Origin: Desulfobacterales bacterium
Lineage (GTDB): Bacteria; Desulfobacterota; Desulfobacteria; Desulfobacterales; UBA2174
Reading direction: 5' to 3'
Assembly: GCA_963668645.2 (NCBI GenBank)
Contig: CAXXWC010000019.1
Span: 448,001-512,000, forward strand
DNA length: 64,000 nt
The notes beneath the pieces are model-generated. The model worked only from the letters and a program-made list of their open reading frames with translations, ran no database searches and was not told where the DNA came from. Positions 38,973 through 50,874 of this stretch are shown piece by piece. Within the stretch, counting starts at the first letter, position 1. Each line of letters opens with the position of its first letter. A program made the position numbers and the translations under genes.

Positions 38973-40172
38973 TCAGCCCCGCCCGCCGCTGTATGCCCCG
39001 TTGTACAACCCCCTGGTCTCGGGTCCGGTGGGCTTGCCGAGAAACGCTTTAAGGTATTGAAGCGCCAGGAGGGCCTCCATGCGGTCGCGCGCCAGATGCC
39101 GGGCCGGGTCTTGGGTAATCAACCGCTTGAGGCGCTCCCGGGTTTGCGAGCTGAGCCGGCCGCCGCAGGTTTCGGCCAGAGATTTGTAGTAGGACCGGAT
39201 CCGATCAGCCAGCAGCGCGTCGCTGAGGCCCTGAATGCGGGCAAATCCGGCCGCCAGGGTATCGCCGTCGGGCAGCTTGGGATCCTCGAGAATCTGGCAC
39301 AGGGTTTCGGCGTAGCGCTTCAGCCCCTCTTCGATATGGGTGCGGCGCACCATGTTGATCGAGGCCCAGCCGGCCTTCAACCAGCGAAAAATACCGCAAC
39401 GTACCAAGGGACGCCCATCGCCGATCTCGGCATAGACGCTCACCGATCCGCCGCCGTACATGTGGCTGCGCACCCAGCCCAGCCCCGGACGGTCAAGCCC
39501 CGCCTCCTCGAAATAGAGGTAGTTCCAGTCGCTGTCGGCACCGATCACGGCCCCCTTGCGCCCCACCTCGGAAGTCTCCTTTTGGGCCGAAACAGAGACC
39601 AGAAAGGCACGTCCCCGGTGGTGCAAAAGGACCAGGGTGCGGTCCAGGTCGTAGGCGAAGTAAGCCCCGGAATTGAGGTCCGGCGTGTTTTCCACCCGCT
39701 CCACGCCGCGGACCACCACCGGCGTTTCCAGTTTTTCGAGCATGGGCCAGAGCGGCGGCAATTGGCGGCCGGGCTGCCCGTCGATTTCGGTCCAGTACGC
39801 CATGCGCACCGAAGACGGCATGAGAATATGGGAGGGAATGTCCGGACTGAAGCCGATCCGCAAAACGTCCTTCAAACTGCGCTTCAGATCGAAGCAGCTG
39901 TAAGCGCAAGCCCCATCCGAAGCGGTTTCCGGGGCCAGGGACAGCGGGGTCCCGGCAGCGACGAACTCGAGCAGGGCACCGATCTGGCCGCCGCATGGAA
40001 ACGGTTCGCCCCGGTCGGCGGACAGCCGCAGCAGGCAATCGAGCCCTTGGCGCAGCTGCTCGGGGAAAACGGCGGGCGCAGTGACATCCGCAGCCCGGAC
40101 CGCTTTAGACGGGATCGGACCGCAGAGCAGCCCCACGGCCAAAATAAAGACCGAAAAGATGCGAACAACCAT
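38973..40172 (-). CDS. Hypothetical exported protein
   Basis: N-terminal signal-peptide-like sequence; stop of the upstream gene abuts its ATG; no recognised motif. Confidence 0.7.
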   Translation of the reverse strand: MVVRIFSVFILAVGLLCGPIPSKAVRAADVTAPAVFPEQLRQGLDCLLRLSADRGEPFPCGGQIGALLEFVAAGTPLSLAPETASDGACAYSCFDLKRSLKDVLRIGFSPDIPSHILMPSSVRMAYWTEIDGQPGRQLPPLWPMLEKLETPVVVRGVERVENTPDLNSGAYFAYDLDRTLVLLHHRGRAFLVSVSAQKETSEVGRKGAVIGADSDWNYLYFEEAGLDRPGLGWVRSHMYGGGSVSVYAEIGDGRPLVRCGIFRWLKAGWASINMVRRTHIEEGLKRYAETLCQILEDPKLPDGDTLAAGFARIQGLSDALLADRIRSYYKSLAETCGGRLSSQTRERLKRLITQDPARHLARDRMEALLALQYLKAFLGKPTGPETRGLYNGAYSGGRG

Positions 40173-41003
40173 TCAACCGATTTCCTGACCGGCCGGCCCG
40201 GGGCTGACCGGTATCAGCGGGCAAGGCATCTCCTGGCGGGCCACCGTCAGCTTCGCCGGGTATGGGCCGAGGCCTTCGGAGACCACCGCCAGGGCGCGCT
40301 CTGCCGTATTGTTGGTTTCGCTCAGATGGGCCAGCACCACGTGCTCCAACCGCCCATGGCGCACCTGGGCGAGCAGATCGCGGGAATCCTCGTTGCTCAG
40401 ATGGCCGGTGCGCCCTTGAATCCTTTGTTTGAGGGGCCAGGGATATGGACCTTCAAGAAGCATGCGCGGGTCGTGATTGGCCTCGAGAACCAGGGCGCTG
40501 CAACCGCTCAGATGATCGCGCACCATGGCCGGCGCCACCCCGAGATCGGTGGCGATGCCGAGCTTGGTGCCGTTGACCTGCACGGTGAAGCCCGATGGAT
40601 CGGCGGCATCATGGGGTGTGGCAAAAGGATGGAGCCTGAGATGGTGAATGGCAAAAGATCGACCGGCGGTAAAATTCACCACCCGGTCCAGGCGCCCGAC
40701 CTGGGGGGCGGCCGCCGCGGCGGTTTTGGGGGTCAGATAAACCGGCAGGCCGTACCGCCGGGCCAGGACCCCGACCCCGCGGATATGATCGCCGTGTTCG
40801 TGGCTGACCACGATGGCGCTCAGGGCGGCCGGGTCGAGCTGGCGCAACCGCATGCGCCGTTCGATCTCGGCCCCTGAAAGACCGGCATCGATCAAAATGG
40901 CGCTGCCACTGCAGGCGATGTAAACCGCATTGCCCTTGCTGCCGCTGGCCAGCACGCAAAAACAAAGGCCGCCATCGCTCGGATTCGATCTGGGCTGGGT
41001 CAT
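40173..41003 (-). CDS. MBL-fold metallo-hydrolase, YycJ/WalJ-like
   Basis: LASGSKGNA, IDAG, SHEHGDH, PHDAADP, TDLG, LEANHD, GHLSN, LAHLSETNN. Confidence 0.9.
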   Translation of the reverse strand: MTQPRSNPSDGGLCFCVLASGSKGNAVYIACSGSAILIDAGLSGAEIERRMRLRQLDPAALSAIVVSHEHGDHIRGVGVLARRYGLPVYLTPKTAAAAAPQVGRLDRVVNFTAGRSFAIHHLRLHPFATPHDAADPSGFTVQVNGTKLGIATDLGVAPAMVRDHLSGCSALVLEANHDPRMLLEGPYPWPLKQRIQGRTGHLSNEDSRDLLAQVRHGRLEHVVLAHLSETNNTAERALAVVSEGLGPYPAKLTVARQEMPCPLIPVSPGPAGQEIG

Positions 41004-41048
41004 GGTCGCAGCAAGCTCCCATTCAACCACGGCGGCAGGCGATGGCAA

Positions 41049-41510
41049 TCAGCGCCGGCCGGTGTGCCCGAAGCCGCCGTGGTTTCTCTCTGTCGACTCC
41101 AGGCTTTCCACCCATCGTGTCGCCACACGCCAGACCCGCTGGACGACCATCTGGGCGATCCGGTCGTGGCGTTTCACCGTATAAGGGGCCGTCCCCAGAT
41201 TGATCAGGGCGATCTTGACCTCGCCACGGTAGTCGGCGTCGATGGTTCCCGGAGTGTTGATCAGGGTGATGCCGTGGCGCGAGGCCAGGCCGCTACGCGG
41301 CCGGATCTGGGCCTCGAAGCCCTCGGGCAGCGCCATGGCGAATCCCGTGGGCACCAGGCCGATGGCCCCGGGGGCCAGTTGCAGGGGAGCGGCCAGCGCC
41401 GCGGCGATGTCCATGCCGGCAGCCTGCGCCGTCATGGGACAGGGCAGGGCGATGTCGGCATCCGCCTGCGGGCGCAACCGCATGAAACGCACTTCCACCA
41501 GCTCGTCCAT
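41049..41510 (-). CDS. dut: dUTP diphosphatase
   Basis: [38 protein letters not shown]. Confidence 0.95.
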   Translation of the reverse strand: MDELVEVRFMRLRPQADADIALPCPMTAQAAGMDIAAALAAPLQLAPGAIGLVPTGFAMALPEGFEAQIRPRSGLASRHGITLINTPGTIDADYRGEVKIALINLGTAPYTVKRHDRIAQMVVQRVWRVATRWVESLESTERNHGGFGHTGRR

Positions 41511-41545
41511 GGGATCAAGGGCTTCCTTTCCGGCCCGGTTCCAAG

Positions 41546-42814
41546 TCAACCGCCGAGCAGGTCCGCGCCGGCTGCCGCCTTGGGCACCGGCCCCAGAAGA
41601 GTCAGCGCCAGCCCATCGCGCGTAAAAAGGGCCGCCGCAAGGTTCTGGATATCGGCGGCACTGACGGCATCAATGCATTGCACCACTTCGTCCAAGGGGA
41701 TGTAGCGGTCGAAGTAGATCTCGTTCTGCGCCAGGCGTGTCATCTGGTGGTCATTGTTCTCGGCGGCCAGGATCAGGCTTCCGCGGGTGTATTGCTTGGC
41801 CTCATCGAGCCGTTCGGCACTGACCGGTTCGGCGGCCAGACGGCGCATCTGTTCTAGGATGCGCCGGATCGCTTCACCGGTATTCTCGGGGGCCACGGCA
41901 GCGTAGACCCCCAGCATCCCGCTGTCCTGGTAAGCGGAAACAAATGAATAGACCGCGTAGGCCAGGCCGAGCTGTTCACGAATGGCCTGAAACAGGCGCG
42001 AACTCATGTTCCCGCCCAAAATGGCATTGAGCAGGCTCAGGGTATAGCGGTGCTCATCGGTGATGCTCAATCCGGGGCCGGTGAGGCAAAGGTGAACCTG
42101 CTCGATGGCCCTGGGATGAACCACGATCCCGGTGCGGGCCTGGGGGGCCAGACGCGGCGCCAGACCGCTGCCACCGGGCATGCCGGCAAAAGCCGGCGCT
42201 AAAAGAGCCACGATCCGCTCGTGGGTCAGGTTTCCGGCCGCACTGATGACGATCCGATCGGGTTGATAGTTGTGGCGAAAAAAGCTTCGGATGCGCTCTG
42301 CATCGAAGCCGCCCAGGGTCTGCGGGGTGCCGAGAATCGAGCGGCCCAGAGGATGCTCTCCCCAGAAGGTGTCATAGGCCAGGGTGTGCACCAAGTCTTC
42401 GGGGCTGTCCTCGACCATACGGATCTCCTGGAGCACGATATCGCGTTCCCGCTGGAACTCCTCCTCGGCGAAAAGGGAATTGAAGAAAATATCCGCCAGA
42501 ATCTCGACCATCGGATCCAGATGGGTATCGAGAACCTTGGCGTGATAGCAGGTGCTTTCCGGGGAAGTAAAGGCGTTGGTGTAGCCCCCGATGGCGTCGA
42601 AGGCCTTGGCGATCTGATAGGCGCTGCGCCGGGACGTCCCCTTGAAGATCATGTGTTCGATCATGTGGGAAAGCCCGTTTTCGGCCGCCGTTTCATCGCG
42701 GGCCCCCACATTGACCCAGATCCCCATGGAAACGCTGTGCAGATGGGGCATCTGCTGGGTGACGATGCGAACCCCGTTGTCCAGGCAGGTTCGCTCAACG
42801 CCCCTTGTTGTCAT
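41546..42814 (-). CDS. M16 (pitrilysin/MPP-like) zinc peptidase
   Basis: Inverted Zn motif [31 protein letters not shown]; typical position after pnp. Confidence 0.93.
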   Translation of the reverse strand: MTTRGVERTCLDNGVRIVTQQMPHLHSVSMGIWVNVGARDETAAENGLSHMIEHMIFKGTSRRSAYQIAKAFDAIGGYTNAFTSPESTCYHAKVLDTHLDPMVEILADIFFNSLFAEEEFQRERDIVLQEIRMVEDSPEDLVHTLAYDTFWGEHPLGRSILGTPQTLGGFDAERIRSFFRHNYQPDRIVISAAGNLTHERIVALLAPAFAGMPGGSGLAPRLAPQARTGIVVHPRAIEQVHLCLTGPGLSITDEHRYTLSLLNAILGGNMSSRLFQAIREQLGLAYAVYSFVSAYQDSGMLGVYAAVAPENTGEAIRRILEQMRRLAAEPVSAERLDEAKQYTRGSLILAAENNDHQMTRLAQNEIYFDRYIPLDEVVQCIDAVSAADIQNLAAALFTRDGLALTLLGPVPKAAAGADLLGG

Positions 42815-44897
42815 GGCCCTCTTCTTCCAGCAAAGCCTTGTGGCTCAGGCGGATCTTGCCGTCGCGGGTGATTTCGAGCACCTTGACCCGCAGCAGATCG
42901 CCTTCGCGCACCACATCGGTCACCTTGGTGACGCGCTGGGTGGAAAGCTGGCTGATGTGCACCAGCCCGTCCGTACCGGGGAGGATCTGCACGAAGGCAC
43001 CGAAGTCCATCACCCGCACCACTTTTCCCTCGTAGATCTGGCCGACCTCCGGCTCCATGGTCAACGCCTTGATGCGCGCGATGGCCGCTTCGCCGTCCTC
43101 CTGGGATACTGCGGCGACTTTGACGGTTCCCGAATCGTCGATATCGATCTTGGTGTTGGTTTCGGCCTGCAGGGCGCGGATCACCTTGCCCCCCGGGCCG
43201 ATGATATCGCGAATCTTGTCCGGATTGATGTCGATGGTGGTGATGCACGGGGCATAGGGCGAAATCTTGTCCCGCGGAACGGCCAGGGCCGCATTCATTT
43301 TTCCCAGGATGTGCAGCCGCCCGGCGCGGGCCTGTTCCAGAGCCTGGCTCAGGATATCGCGCGACAGTTCATGGATCTTGATGTCCATCTGCAGGGCCGT
43401 AACCCCTTCGGCAGTCCCGGCGACCTTGAAATCCATATCCCCGGTATGGTCTTCATCACCCAGGATATCGGTAAGCACCACCACCTGGTCGTCGCCCTTG
43501 ACCAGCCCCATGGCAATCCCGGCCACCGGGGCCTTGATCGGCACACCGCCGTCCATCAGGGCCAGGGTGCCCGCGCAGACCGTTGCCATGGACGAAGAAC
43601 CGTTGGATTCGAGCACTTCGGAGACCACCCGGATGGTGTAGTCGAAATTTTCCTTGTCCGGCAGCACCTTTTCCAATGCCCGGGTCGACAGGCCGCCGTG
43701 GCCGATGTCACGCCGGCTCGGCCCGCCGATGCGCTTGACCTCGCCCACCGAAAAGGGCGGGAAGTTGTAATGGAGCATGAACGGGCGGAACTCGTCCCCG
43801 CTCAGGGTTTCGACGCGCTGCTCGTCCTGTCCCGAACCGAGGGTCAGCACCCCGAGCACCTGGGTCTCGCCCCGGGTGAAAAGCGCGCTGCCGTGGGGCC
43901 TGGGCAGGAGGCCGACCTCGCAGGTGATGGGACGCACCTCGTCGAAACGGCGGCCGTCGAGACGCCGGCCTTCCTTGAGGATGAAATCCCGGGCGATTTT
44001 TTTCTGCAGGTCATCGAGGATTTCGTGGACCTCTCCCTTTTCGCCCGCCAGCTCCGGTTCGAGCTGGGCCATGACATCCGCCTTGACGGCGCGCACCGCG
44101 GCATAGCGGGGCATTTTTTCAGGCACCGCCAACGCCGTGTGCAGCGGTTCGGCCGCCATGGCGCTGACGCGTTCGACCAGGGTCGGATCCGGCAGCGCAA
44201 CGGCAAATTCACGCTTGGCCTTGCCAGCGCTCTGGCGCAATTCATCCTGCATGGCGATGATCGGCTGCATCTGTTCATGGGCGAAGAAGATCGCTTCGAG
44301 CAGATCCGCTTCCGGCACGACCTGGGCCCCACCTTCGACCATCACCACGCCGGTGCGCGATCCGGCCACGATGATGTTGATGTCTGAATGCTCCAGGTCT
44401 GCGATGGCCGGATTGGCCACCAGGGTGCCGTCGATGCGACCCACGCGCACCGCAGCGATGGGGCCGGCAAAGGGGATATCCGACAGTTCGAGGGCCACCG
44501 AAGCACCGGTCATGGCCAGCATGTCCGGATCATTTTCCTGGTCCATGGACAGGACCGTGGCAATCACCTGGATCTCGTGGCGCCATCCCTTGGGAAACAG
44601 GGGCCGAATGGGGCGATCGATGAGCCGGGCGGTGAGAGTCTCTTTTTCGGTGGGCCGCCCGATCTCACGCCGGAAATAGTTGCCCGGAATCCTTCCGGCG
44701 GCATAGATCTTCTCTTGATATTCCACAGTAAGGGGTAAAAAGCCCGCATCGCGGACATCGCTGGCGCCGACCACGGTCACCAGCACGATTGTATCGCCGT
44801 ATTGCACCACGGCGGCGCCGGAGGCCTGCTTGGCGACCTTGCCGGTCTGGATGCTCAAGATCCGGCCTCCGACTTCACATTGGACTGTATTCTGCAT
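42795..44897 (-). CDS. pnp: Polyribonucleotide nucleotidyltransferase
   Basis: [42 protein letters not shown] and S1 domains; AGGAG RBS. Confidence 0.97.
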   Translation of the reverse strand: MQNTVQCEVGGRILSIQTGKVAKQASGAAVVQYGDTIVLVTVVGASDVRDAGFLPLTVEYQEKIYAAGRIPGNYFRREIGRPTEKETLTARLIDRPIRPLFPKGWRHEIQVIATVLSMDQENDPDMLAMTGASVALELSDIPFAGPIAAVRVGRIDGTLVANPAIADLEHSDINIIVAGSRTGVVMVEGGAQVVPEADLLEAIFFAHEQMQPIIAMQDELRQSAGKAKREFAVALPDPTLVERVSAMAAEPLHTALAVPEKMPRYAAVRAVKADVMAQLEPELAGEKGEVHEILDDLQKKIARDFILKEGRRLDGRRFDEVRPITCEVGLLPRPHGSALFTRGETQVLGVLTLGSGQDEQRVETLSGDEFRPFMLHYNFPPFSVGEVKRIGGPSRRDIGHGGLSTRALEKVLPDKENFDYTIRVVSEVLESNGSSSMATVCAGTLALMDGGVPIKAPVAGIAMGLVKGDDQVVVLTDILGDEDHTGDMDFKVAGTAEGVTALQMDIKIHELSRDILSQALEQARAGRLHILGKMNAALAVPRDKISPYAPCITTIDINPDKIRDIIGPGGKVIRALQAETNTKIDIDDSGTVKVAAVSQEDGEAAIARIKALTMEPEVGQIYEGKVVRVMDFGAFVQILPGTDGLVHISQLSTQRVTKVTDVVREGDLLRVKVLEITRDGKIRLSHKALLEEEGHDNKGR

Positions 44898-45068
44898 GTT
44901 GTCTCCTGGCGCATCGCCCGGCATCATGGCCCATGATGGACGCTGACAACGTTGCGGCGACGCACGCGATAGGGTGCCGGTCGCCCAGACGGCCACCGCC
45001 CCCATGGCGGGACCGCATCTGCTGCTCCCGGCACCAGGATCCGCTCTTCTTCTGAAATGAAACGGATT

Positions 45069-45338
45069 CTAGCGCCGAATCCCGAGGGTTTCGATGATCG
45101 TCCGATAGCGGTTGACGTCCTTGCCCTTGACGTAGTTGAGCAGGCGCCGCCGCCGACCGACGAGCATCAACAGCCCGCGGCGGCTGTGATGGTCCTTTTT
45201 GTGGACCTTGAGGTGCTCGGTCAAATAGGTGATGCGCTGGGTCAAGAGCCCCACCTGGACTTCGGGCGAACCGGTGTCGGATTCATGAAGCCGGTATTGA
45301 TCGATCAGTTTCTTTTTATCTTCCGTAGACAAAACCAC
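45069..45338 (-). CDS. rpsO: 30S ribosomal protein S15
   Basis: DTGSPEVQV...[15 protein letters not shown] start gives 89 aa. Confidence 0.97.
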   Translation of the reverse strand: MVLSTEDKKKLIDQYRLHESDTGSPEVQVGLLTQRITYLTEHLKVHKKDHHSRRGLLMLVGRRRRLLNYVKGKDVNRYRTIIETLGIRR

Positions 45339-45371
45339 TTGTTTTTCCCTCCTCATGGAGCGTTACGGTTG

Positions 45372-46274
45372 TTAAAGCAGCACACAGGCGTAGTCATAAC
45401 GCCCGGCGGCATCATTGTATTCGATAATCGCCAAAACCCGGTCGTCCAAGACGACCTGGACCGGGCCGGCCCCCGGTGGCGGCCCGATCTGTTCGACGCC
45501 CAGGCGCTGCCCTGTGGCGATGCGCCGTGCCATGTCCCCGTCCACCGCCACGGTGGGCACGCCCCGCAACGCCCGACCCGTGGGAATAATGTAATCATTA
45601 GCGCGCCCCTGCCGGCAAAAGTCTTTAAACCGGTCGAGGCTCACCGCCTCGTCGAGCCCGAAACCGGCGCTGGCCGTGCGGCGCAACCCGGCCATGTGCC
45701 CCCCGCAGCCCAGGGCGCGGCCCAGATCGGCGCACAGGGTGCGTACGTAAGTGCCCGCCGAACAGACGACCTCGATGGACACCCGTGGCAGGGCCACCTC
45801 CAGGACCGAAAGCCGATAGATCGTCACCGGCCGGGAGGCTTTGGTCACCGGCCGGCCCTGGCGCGCCAACCGGTAAAGCGGTACCCCCTGGTGTTTGAGG
45901 GCCGAAAAAACCGGCGGCACCTGGGTGATGGTCCCCTCGAAACGCGCGGCGGCCCGGCGTACGGCATCGACCGCCAATCCCTCTGTGGAGCCGGTCGCCG
46001 TGATCCGGCCGCCGGCATCCTGGGTATCGGTTTCCACCCCCAGCACCAGCACGGCCTTGTAAGTCTTGGAGGCCTGCATCAAAAAGCGCGCCAGGCGCGT
46101 TGCAGCCCCAACGCAACAGATCAGGATCCCGGTGGCATCCGGATCGAGGGTGCCGGCATGCCCCACCTTGGCACCGCCCAGGCTTCGTTTGACCGCAGCC
46201 ACCACCCCGGCCGAAGTCATGCCGGCCGGTTTGTCGATCACCACCAGCCCCTCGTATGAGGCCTTCAAACCCAC
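45372..46274 (-). CDS. truB: tRNA pseudouridine(55) synthase
   Basis: IDKPAGMTS, VGHAGTLDPDATG, QVPPVFSALK, CSAGTYVR. Confidence 0.95.
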   Translation of the reverse strand: MGLKASYEGLVVIDKPAGMTSAGVVAAVKRSLGGAKVGHAGTLDPDATGILICCVGAATRLARFLMQASKTYKAVLVLGVETDTQDAGGRITATGSTEGLAVDAVRRAAARFEGTITQVPPVFSALKHQGVPLYRLARQGRPVTKASRPVTIYRLSVLEVALPRVSIEVVCSAGTYVRTLCADLGRALGCGGHMAGLRRTASAGFGLDEAVSLDRFKDFCRQGRANDYIIPTGRALRGVPTVAVDGDMARRIATGQRLGVEQIGPPPGAGPVQVVLDDRVLAIIEYNDAAGRYDYACVLL

Positions 46275-46282
46275 CGCGGTAC

Positions 46283-47239
46283 TCAGAGCCCCTCGGCCAG
46301 ACGCAGCAGTTCGGCTTTGACCGCCGCCAGGGGCGAAGCGGCGCTGTAGCCGGCCGCGGTGGCATGCCCGCCCCCGCCGCGGGCAGCGGCGATCAGGGCC
46401 ACATCCACGCTCCCGTCGCTGCGCAGGCTGACATGGTACTGGGGGCCGCCGTCACCGTCCGGCTGCTCCTGAATCAAGGCGGCGACCTTCACATCCTCGA
46501 TGCGCCGGGCGTAATTGATCAACCCGTCGGCATCCTCCGGTTGAGTCCGCGTTTCGCTGAGCATATCCTGGGACAGGGTCATGATCGAAAGCTTACCGTT
46601 GGCCGTCAGTTCGATGGTGTCCAGAGCCAGGTTGAGCAGCTTGATCCGCCCTAGCGAGTAAGTGCCGTAAACATGCTTGGCCACCTGGTAAGGATCCACC
46701 CCCAGCAACACCATTTCCTGGCAGATGGAAAAGGCGGCCAGATTGGTGTTGGAAAAACGGAACGAACCGGTATCAGTAAAGATTCCTGTATATATCGAGG
46801 TCGCCACGGACTTGTCAATCGGCGTCCCCAGCCGCTTGATCAGCCGGTAGAGGATCTCGGTGGTGGCGCAAGCCGCCGGATCGAGCAGCTGGTAGGTGCC
46901 GAATACGGTATTGGTCACGTGGTGGTCGATGTTGATCACCGTCGGCACCCGGGAAAGGGCCTCAGTCACGGCGCCGGTGCGCCGCGGATTGCCGCAGTCG
47001 AGCACCACCGCCGTATCGAAGTCCGCCGGGGGCACCCGGCGGACAATCCGGTCCACCCCCGGCAAAAAACGATAAATGGCCGGAATGGGACTTTCGCTGA
47101 CCAAGCAGGTCTGCTTGGCCATTTTTTCAAGGGTCAGGCCGAGGGCCAGCAGGCTGCCGACGGCATCGCCGTCCGGGTTGACATGGGTGGTCAGCATGAC
47201 CCGCTTACTCTGGTTCAGGTGTTGGACGATCGTAAGCAT
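46283..47239 (-). CDS. nrnA: DHH/DHHA1 phosphoesterase (NrnA-like)
   Basis: HVNPDGDAVGS, IDHH, DTGSF, SLRS, GGGGH. Confidence 0.9.
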   Translation of the reverse strand: MLTIVQHLNQSKRVMLTTHVNPDGDAVGSLLALGLTLEKMAKQTCLVSESPIPAIYRFLPGVDRIVRRVPPADFDTAVVLDCGNPRRTGAVTEALSRVPTVINIDHHVTNTVFGTYQLLDPAACATTEILYRLIKRLGTPIDKSVATSIYTGIFTDTGSFRFSNTNLAAFSICQEMVLLGVDPYQVAKHVYGTYSLGRIKLLNLALDTIELTANGKLSIMTLSQDMLSETRTQPEDADGLINYARRIEDVKVAALIQEQPDGDGGPQYHVSLRSDGSVDVALIAAARGGGGHATAAGYSAASPLAAVKAELLRLAEGL

Positions 47240-47585
47240 GGTCCTGTTGCAGCGACTTGAGAATCCGGTTGATCCGGGCCGCGTGGTCGAAGGTGTCGTC
47301 GTAAAAAAAAGCCAGATCCGGCATATAGCGCAAGCCCAGTTCAGGCGCCAGCAGTCGTTTGAGATAGGTGCCGGCCTGGCGGAATCCCGCCTCTGCTGCC
47401 TGGCGCTGGGTGTCATCCCCGTAAACGGAGAAGTAAATCCGCGCCAGACGCAGATCCCGCGTCATTTCGACCCGGGTGATGGTCGCACCGGCAATACGTG
47501 GGTCGCCCGTCTGACGGCTCAGCAGCTCGGAGAGCACCCGCTGAAGCTGAACCCCGACGCGTTCGGCACGGGAAAAAGGTTTCAC
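47205..47585 (-). CDS. rbfA: Ribosome-binding factor A
   Basis: RAERV...DPR...DLRLARIY...LRYMPDL; position after infB. Confidence 0.93.
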   Translation of the reverse strand: MKPFSRAERVGVQLQRVLSELLSRQTGDPRIAGATITRVEMTRDLRLARIYFSVYGDDTQRQAAEAGFRQAGTYLKRLLAPELGLRYMPDLAFFYDDTFDHAARINRILKSLQQDHAYDRPTPEPE

Positions 47586-47869
47586 AGGTGAATCATCTCC
47601 ATTTCCGAGTCGATCATTTCAGCCAAACCGAGATCCTCGACAAAATCGAGCAGCTTGTCGAGCTTGGCGTTGACCACACCGGTTTCGTTGCCCACCACGG
47701 CCACCCCGATCACCGCCCGCTGGTAGACATCGTTATCCTCGATCTCTGCCACGGCGGCATTGAAGTGGTTGCGTACCCTGGCGATAACCGCCTTGACGAC
47801 CCCCCGCTTGCCCTTGAGGGACCGGCACTCGTGAATCCTGAGAATGATGCGTCCGCAACCGACGACCAC
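47582..47869 (-). CDS. DUF503 (YlxP) family protein
   Basis: SLKGKRGVVK...FNAAVAE; position between infB and rbfA. Confidence 0.88.
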   Translation of the reverse strand: MVVGCGRIILRIHECRSLKGKRGVVKAVIARVRNHFNAAVAEIEDNDVYQRAVIGVAVVGNETGVVNAKLDKLLDFVEDLGLAEMIDSEMEMIHL

Positions 47870-47902
47870 CGTTCACCGCCCTCTCGGGTCCTGTCAAAGC
47901 CC

Positions 47903-50779
47903 CTAACGCTGGGTGGGAGCGGCCACCGTGGGACGGATCTCCTCCATGAAAAAGACCTCGACGGTATCCCCGACCTTTATATCGTTGTAATTCTCGATGC
48001 CGATCCCGCATTCATAACCGGCCTGGACTTCTTTGGCATCATCTTTGAAGCGCCGCAGCGAGCCGAGCTTGCCTTCGTACTGCACCACCCCGTCGCGCAA
48101 GAGGCGGACGCGCTCACCGCGCACGATCTTGCCCTCGGTGACGTAGCTGCCGGCGATGGCCCCCACCTTGGGAACATGGAAGACCTGGCGCACATCGGCT
48201 CTTCCGATAAGCTTCTCTTCGAAATGCGATTCCATCATGCCGACAATGGCGTCCTGCACGTCTTTGATCACGTTGTAGATCACGTTGTAAAAGCGCAGGT
48301 CGACATTCTCTTCGTTGGCCATGGTCTGAACCTTGGCGTTGGGCCTGACGTTGAAACCGATGATGATCGCATCCGAGACGGTGGCCAGGGAAACGTCCGA
48401 TTCGGTGATCGTACCGGTGGCCTGGTGAATCACGTTGATCTTGACCTCCTCGTTGGAAAGCTTGATCAGCGCGTCTCCCAGGGCCTCGATGGAACCGTGG
48501 ACATCGGCCTTGATGATGATGTTCAGCTCTTTGACCTCACGCTCCTTCATCTGCTCGAAGAGCGTTTCGAGGCTCAGCCGGCTCGATTTGGCCAGATCCT
48601 TGGCCCGCTGCTTCTGCTGGCGATGGGAGCTGACCTGGCGGGCATCCTTTTCGTCGGCCAGAGCGATCATCTCGTCGCCGGCCGCCGGAACCCCGGAAAG
48701 CCCCAGGATTTCCACCGGTATGGCCGGTCCTGCGGCATCCACCGGATTGCCCAGGTCGTCGATCAGCGCCCGCACCTTGCCGTAGTGGACCCCGCAAACC
48801 ACCGGATCTCCGGTGTGCAAGGTGCCGTCCTGAACCAGGACGGTGGCCACCGCGCCGCGACCAGCGTCCAGCTTGGCTTCCACCACGTGGCCCTTGGCCA
48901 GTTTGTCCGGATTGGCCCGCAGGTCCATCATTTCCGCCTGAAGCAGAATCATCTCCAGAATATCGGAGATCCCGTCATGCTTCTTGGCCGATACGCGCAC
49001 GAAAATCGTGTCGCCGCCCCATTCCTCCGGTGCAAGCCCCAGCTCTGCCACCTGCCGCATCACCCGTTCCGGATCGGCACCCGCCTTGTCCATTTTGTTG
49101 ACCGCCACGATGATCGGCACCTCGGCCGCCTTGGCATGGTTGATGGCTTCCACGGTCTGGGGCATGACCCCGTCGTCGGCCGCCACGACCAGCACGACGA
49201 TGTCGGTCAACTGGGCGCCGCGCGAACGCATGGCGGTAAAGGCCTCGTGGCCCGGAGTGTCGAGAAAGACGATCTGCCCTTTCTCGGTGGCCACATGATA
49301 GGCGCCGATGTGTTGGGTGATGCCCCCCGCCTCGCCGGCCGTCACATGGGTTTCGCGGATCGCGTCCAGCAAAGAGGTCTTGCCATGGTCGACATGGCCC
49401 ATGATGGTCACCACGGGAGGACGCGGCACGCGATTTTCCGGATCGTCACTTTCCACTTTGAGAATGGTTTCCTCCTCGAAAGCCGCCTTTTCCACTTCAT
49501 AACCGAACTCATTGGCCACCAGGACCGCGGTTTCGAAATCGATGGTCTGGTTCACCGTGGTCATCACGCCCATACCCATGAGTTTGCCGATCAGCTCGTT
49601 GGCCTTGAGCCCCATGCGCTTGGCCAGCTCACTGAGAACGATGGTCTCGTCGACCTTGATGCGCCGTTTGATGGCCTTGGCCACCGTGATTTGCGGTTTT
49701 TGTCCGGGAGGCACCTTGGCCTTGCCGCCTTTGCGGCCTTTGCGGCCGCGCGCGTCTGCAGTGTACAGGTCCTCGCCTTCCACCACCGCCTTTTTGCGAA
49801 AGGAAATCTTCTTCTTGAAAAAGTTCTTGTCCGAATCGTCCTCGACGCGCCGTTTCTTTTTCTTGCGCGGCGCCTCCTCGGATGTGGCGGGGGGACGTGG
49901 GGCTTCGGCAACCTCTGCCGGCCGCGGGGGACGGCTGGGCCTGGCACGGCTCGGCGCTTCGGTCTCTTTGGCCCTCGGTTCGGGCTTGACCGGCCGGTCC
50001 GGCAGCTTGATGATCTTGGCCGGCATATCGCGGCCGGCTTTCGTTTTGGCGGGCCGGCGGGGCTTTTCGGCCTCAGCGGCAGGGGCCGGCGCCGGGGGTT
50101 CGGGCGGCATCGCCGCTTCGGGTGCTTCAGAAGACGGCTCCGGGACCGGCTTGCTCGCTTCGACCGGCGCCGGTTCCGCCGAAGGGCTCTCCGGCAAAGG
50201 TTCTTCGACAGCCAGGGAAGGCGCGGCTTCGGTTTCCTCGGCCGGGCTGGCCGCGGCAAGGTCGCCGGGCGCTTCCTCAACCGGCGGAATCTCGGCCGTG
50301 GCAACGGCCTGCTCGTCAGCAACCTCTTCTGGGGCGGGCTGCTCGGAGACAACCGTTTCGACGGCAGCCTCGACAGGAACAGCCTCGACAGGCGCGGGCT
50401 CGACCGGTAGAGGCAGGACGGTCTCTTGCCCGTCGCTGGCCTCCGGCTCGGGGACCGCGGCCTGCACTTCCACCGCCGCCGTTTCGGGCTCCTCGGCTTC
50501 CGGGATTGGCTCCGGCTGCTCATCGGCCTCGGCGGTTTGCTCCTCAGCTTCCGGCACAACCTTGCGGCGGCGACGAATGACGGTCGGCCGAACACGGGTC
50601 TCTTCCCTCTTATTCTGCCGTTGACCAAACATGCTCTGTTTGATCCGGGCAACGGCGTCATCGTCCAGGGAACTCATGTGGCTGGCCACATCAATTTGCA
50701 GTTCCAGGATCTTTTCCAGCAACTGCTTATTTTTCAGATTCAGTTCCCTGGCAAGCTCATAAACCCTGATCTTTGCCAT
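47903..50779 (-). CDS. infB: Translation initiation factor IF-2
   Basis: RVYELA N-terminus, [20 protein letters not shown]. Confidence 0.98.
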   Translation of the reverse strand: MAKIRVYELARELNLKNKQLLEKILELQIDVASHMSSLDDDAVARIKQSMFGQRQNKREETRVRPTVIRRRRKVVPEAEEQTAEADEQPEPIPEAEEPETAAVEVQAAVPEPEASDGQETVLPLPVEPAPVEAVPVEAAVETVVSEQPAPEEVADEQAVATAEIPPVEEAPGDLAAASPAEETEAAPSLAVEEPLPESPSAEPAPVEASKPVPEPSSEAPEAAMPPEPPAPAPAAEAEKPRRPAKTKAGRDMPAKIIKLPDRPVKPEPRAKETEAPSRARPSRPPRPAEVAEAPRPPATSEEAPRKKKKRRVEDDSDKNFFKKKISFRKKAVVEGEDLYTADARGRKGRKGGKAKVPPGQKPQITVAKAIKRRIKVDETIVLSELAKRMGLKANELIGKLMGMGVMTTVNQTIDFETAVLVANEFGYEVEKAAFEEETILKVESDDPENRVPRPPVVTIMGHVDHGKTSLLDAIRETHVTAGEAGGITQHIGAYHVATEKGQIVFLDTPGHEAFTAMRSRGAQLTDIVVLVVAADDGVMPQTVEAINHAKAAEVPIIVAVNKMDKAGADPERVMRQVAELGLAPEEWGGDTIFVRVSAKKHDGISDILEMILLQAEMMDLRANPDKLAKGHVVEAKLDAGRGAVATVLVQDGTLHTGDPVVCGVHYGKVRALIDDLGNPVDAAGPAIPVEILGLSGVPAAGDEMIALADEKDARQVSSHRQQKQRAKDLAKSSRLSLETLFEQMKEREVKELNIIIKADVHGSIEALGDALIKLSNEEVKINVIHQATGTITESDVSLATVSDAIIIGFNVRPNAKVQTMANEENVDLRFYNVIYNVIKDVQDAIVGMMESHFEEKLIGRADVRQVFHVPKVGAIAGSYVTEGKIVRGERVRLLRDGVVQYEGKLGSLRRFKDDAKEVQAGYECGIGIENYNDIKVGDTVEVFFMEEIRPTVAAPTQR

Positions 50780-50874
50780 CCATGCCCCCTAAATTCCGCT
50801 TCAGCTTCAAAAGGTACACCTGATCGTTTTGCGGCTCGCATCCAACCGGCTGCTTCGGCGTTCGACGACCTGTT

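Noticed and set aside
47498..50410. Very long antisense ORFs (e.g. 47498-50410, 32374-34542, 38898-40877, 6344-8101, 42642-44387)
   Set aside because: They lie opposite well-supported genes, show no motifs, and are expected shadows of GC-rich codon usage
50040..50560. Repetitive Pro/Ala/Glu-rich stretch in infB
   Set aside because: Ordinary low-complexity IF-2 N-terminal linker, not a DNA repeat array
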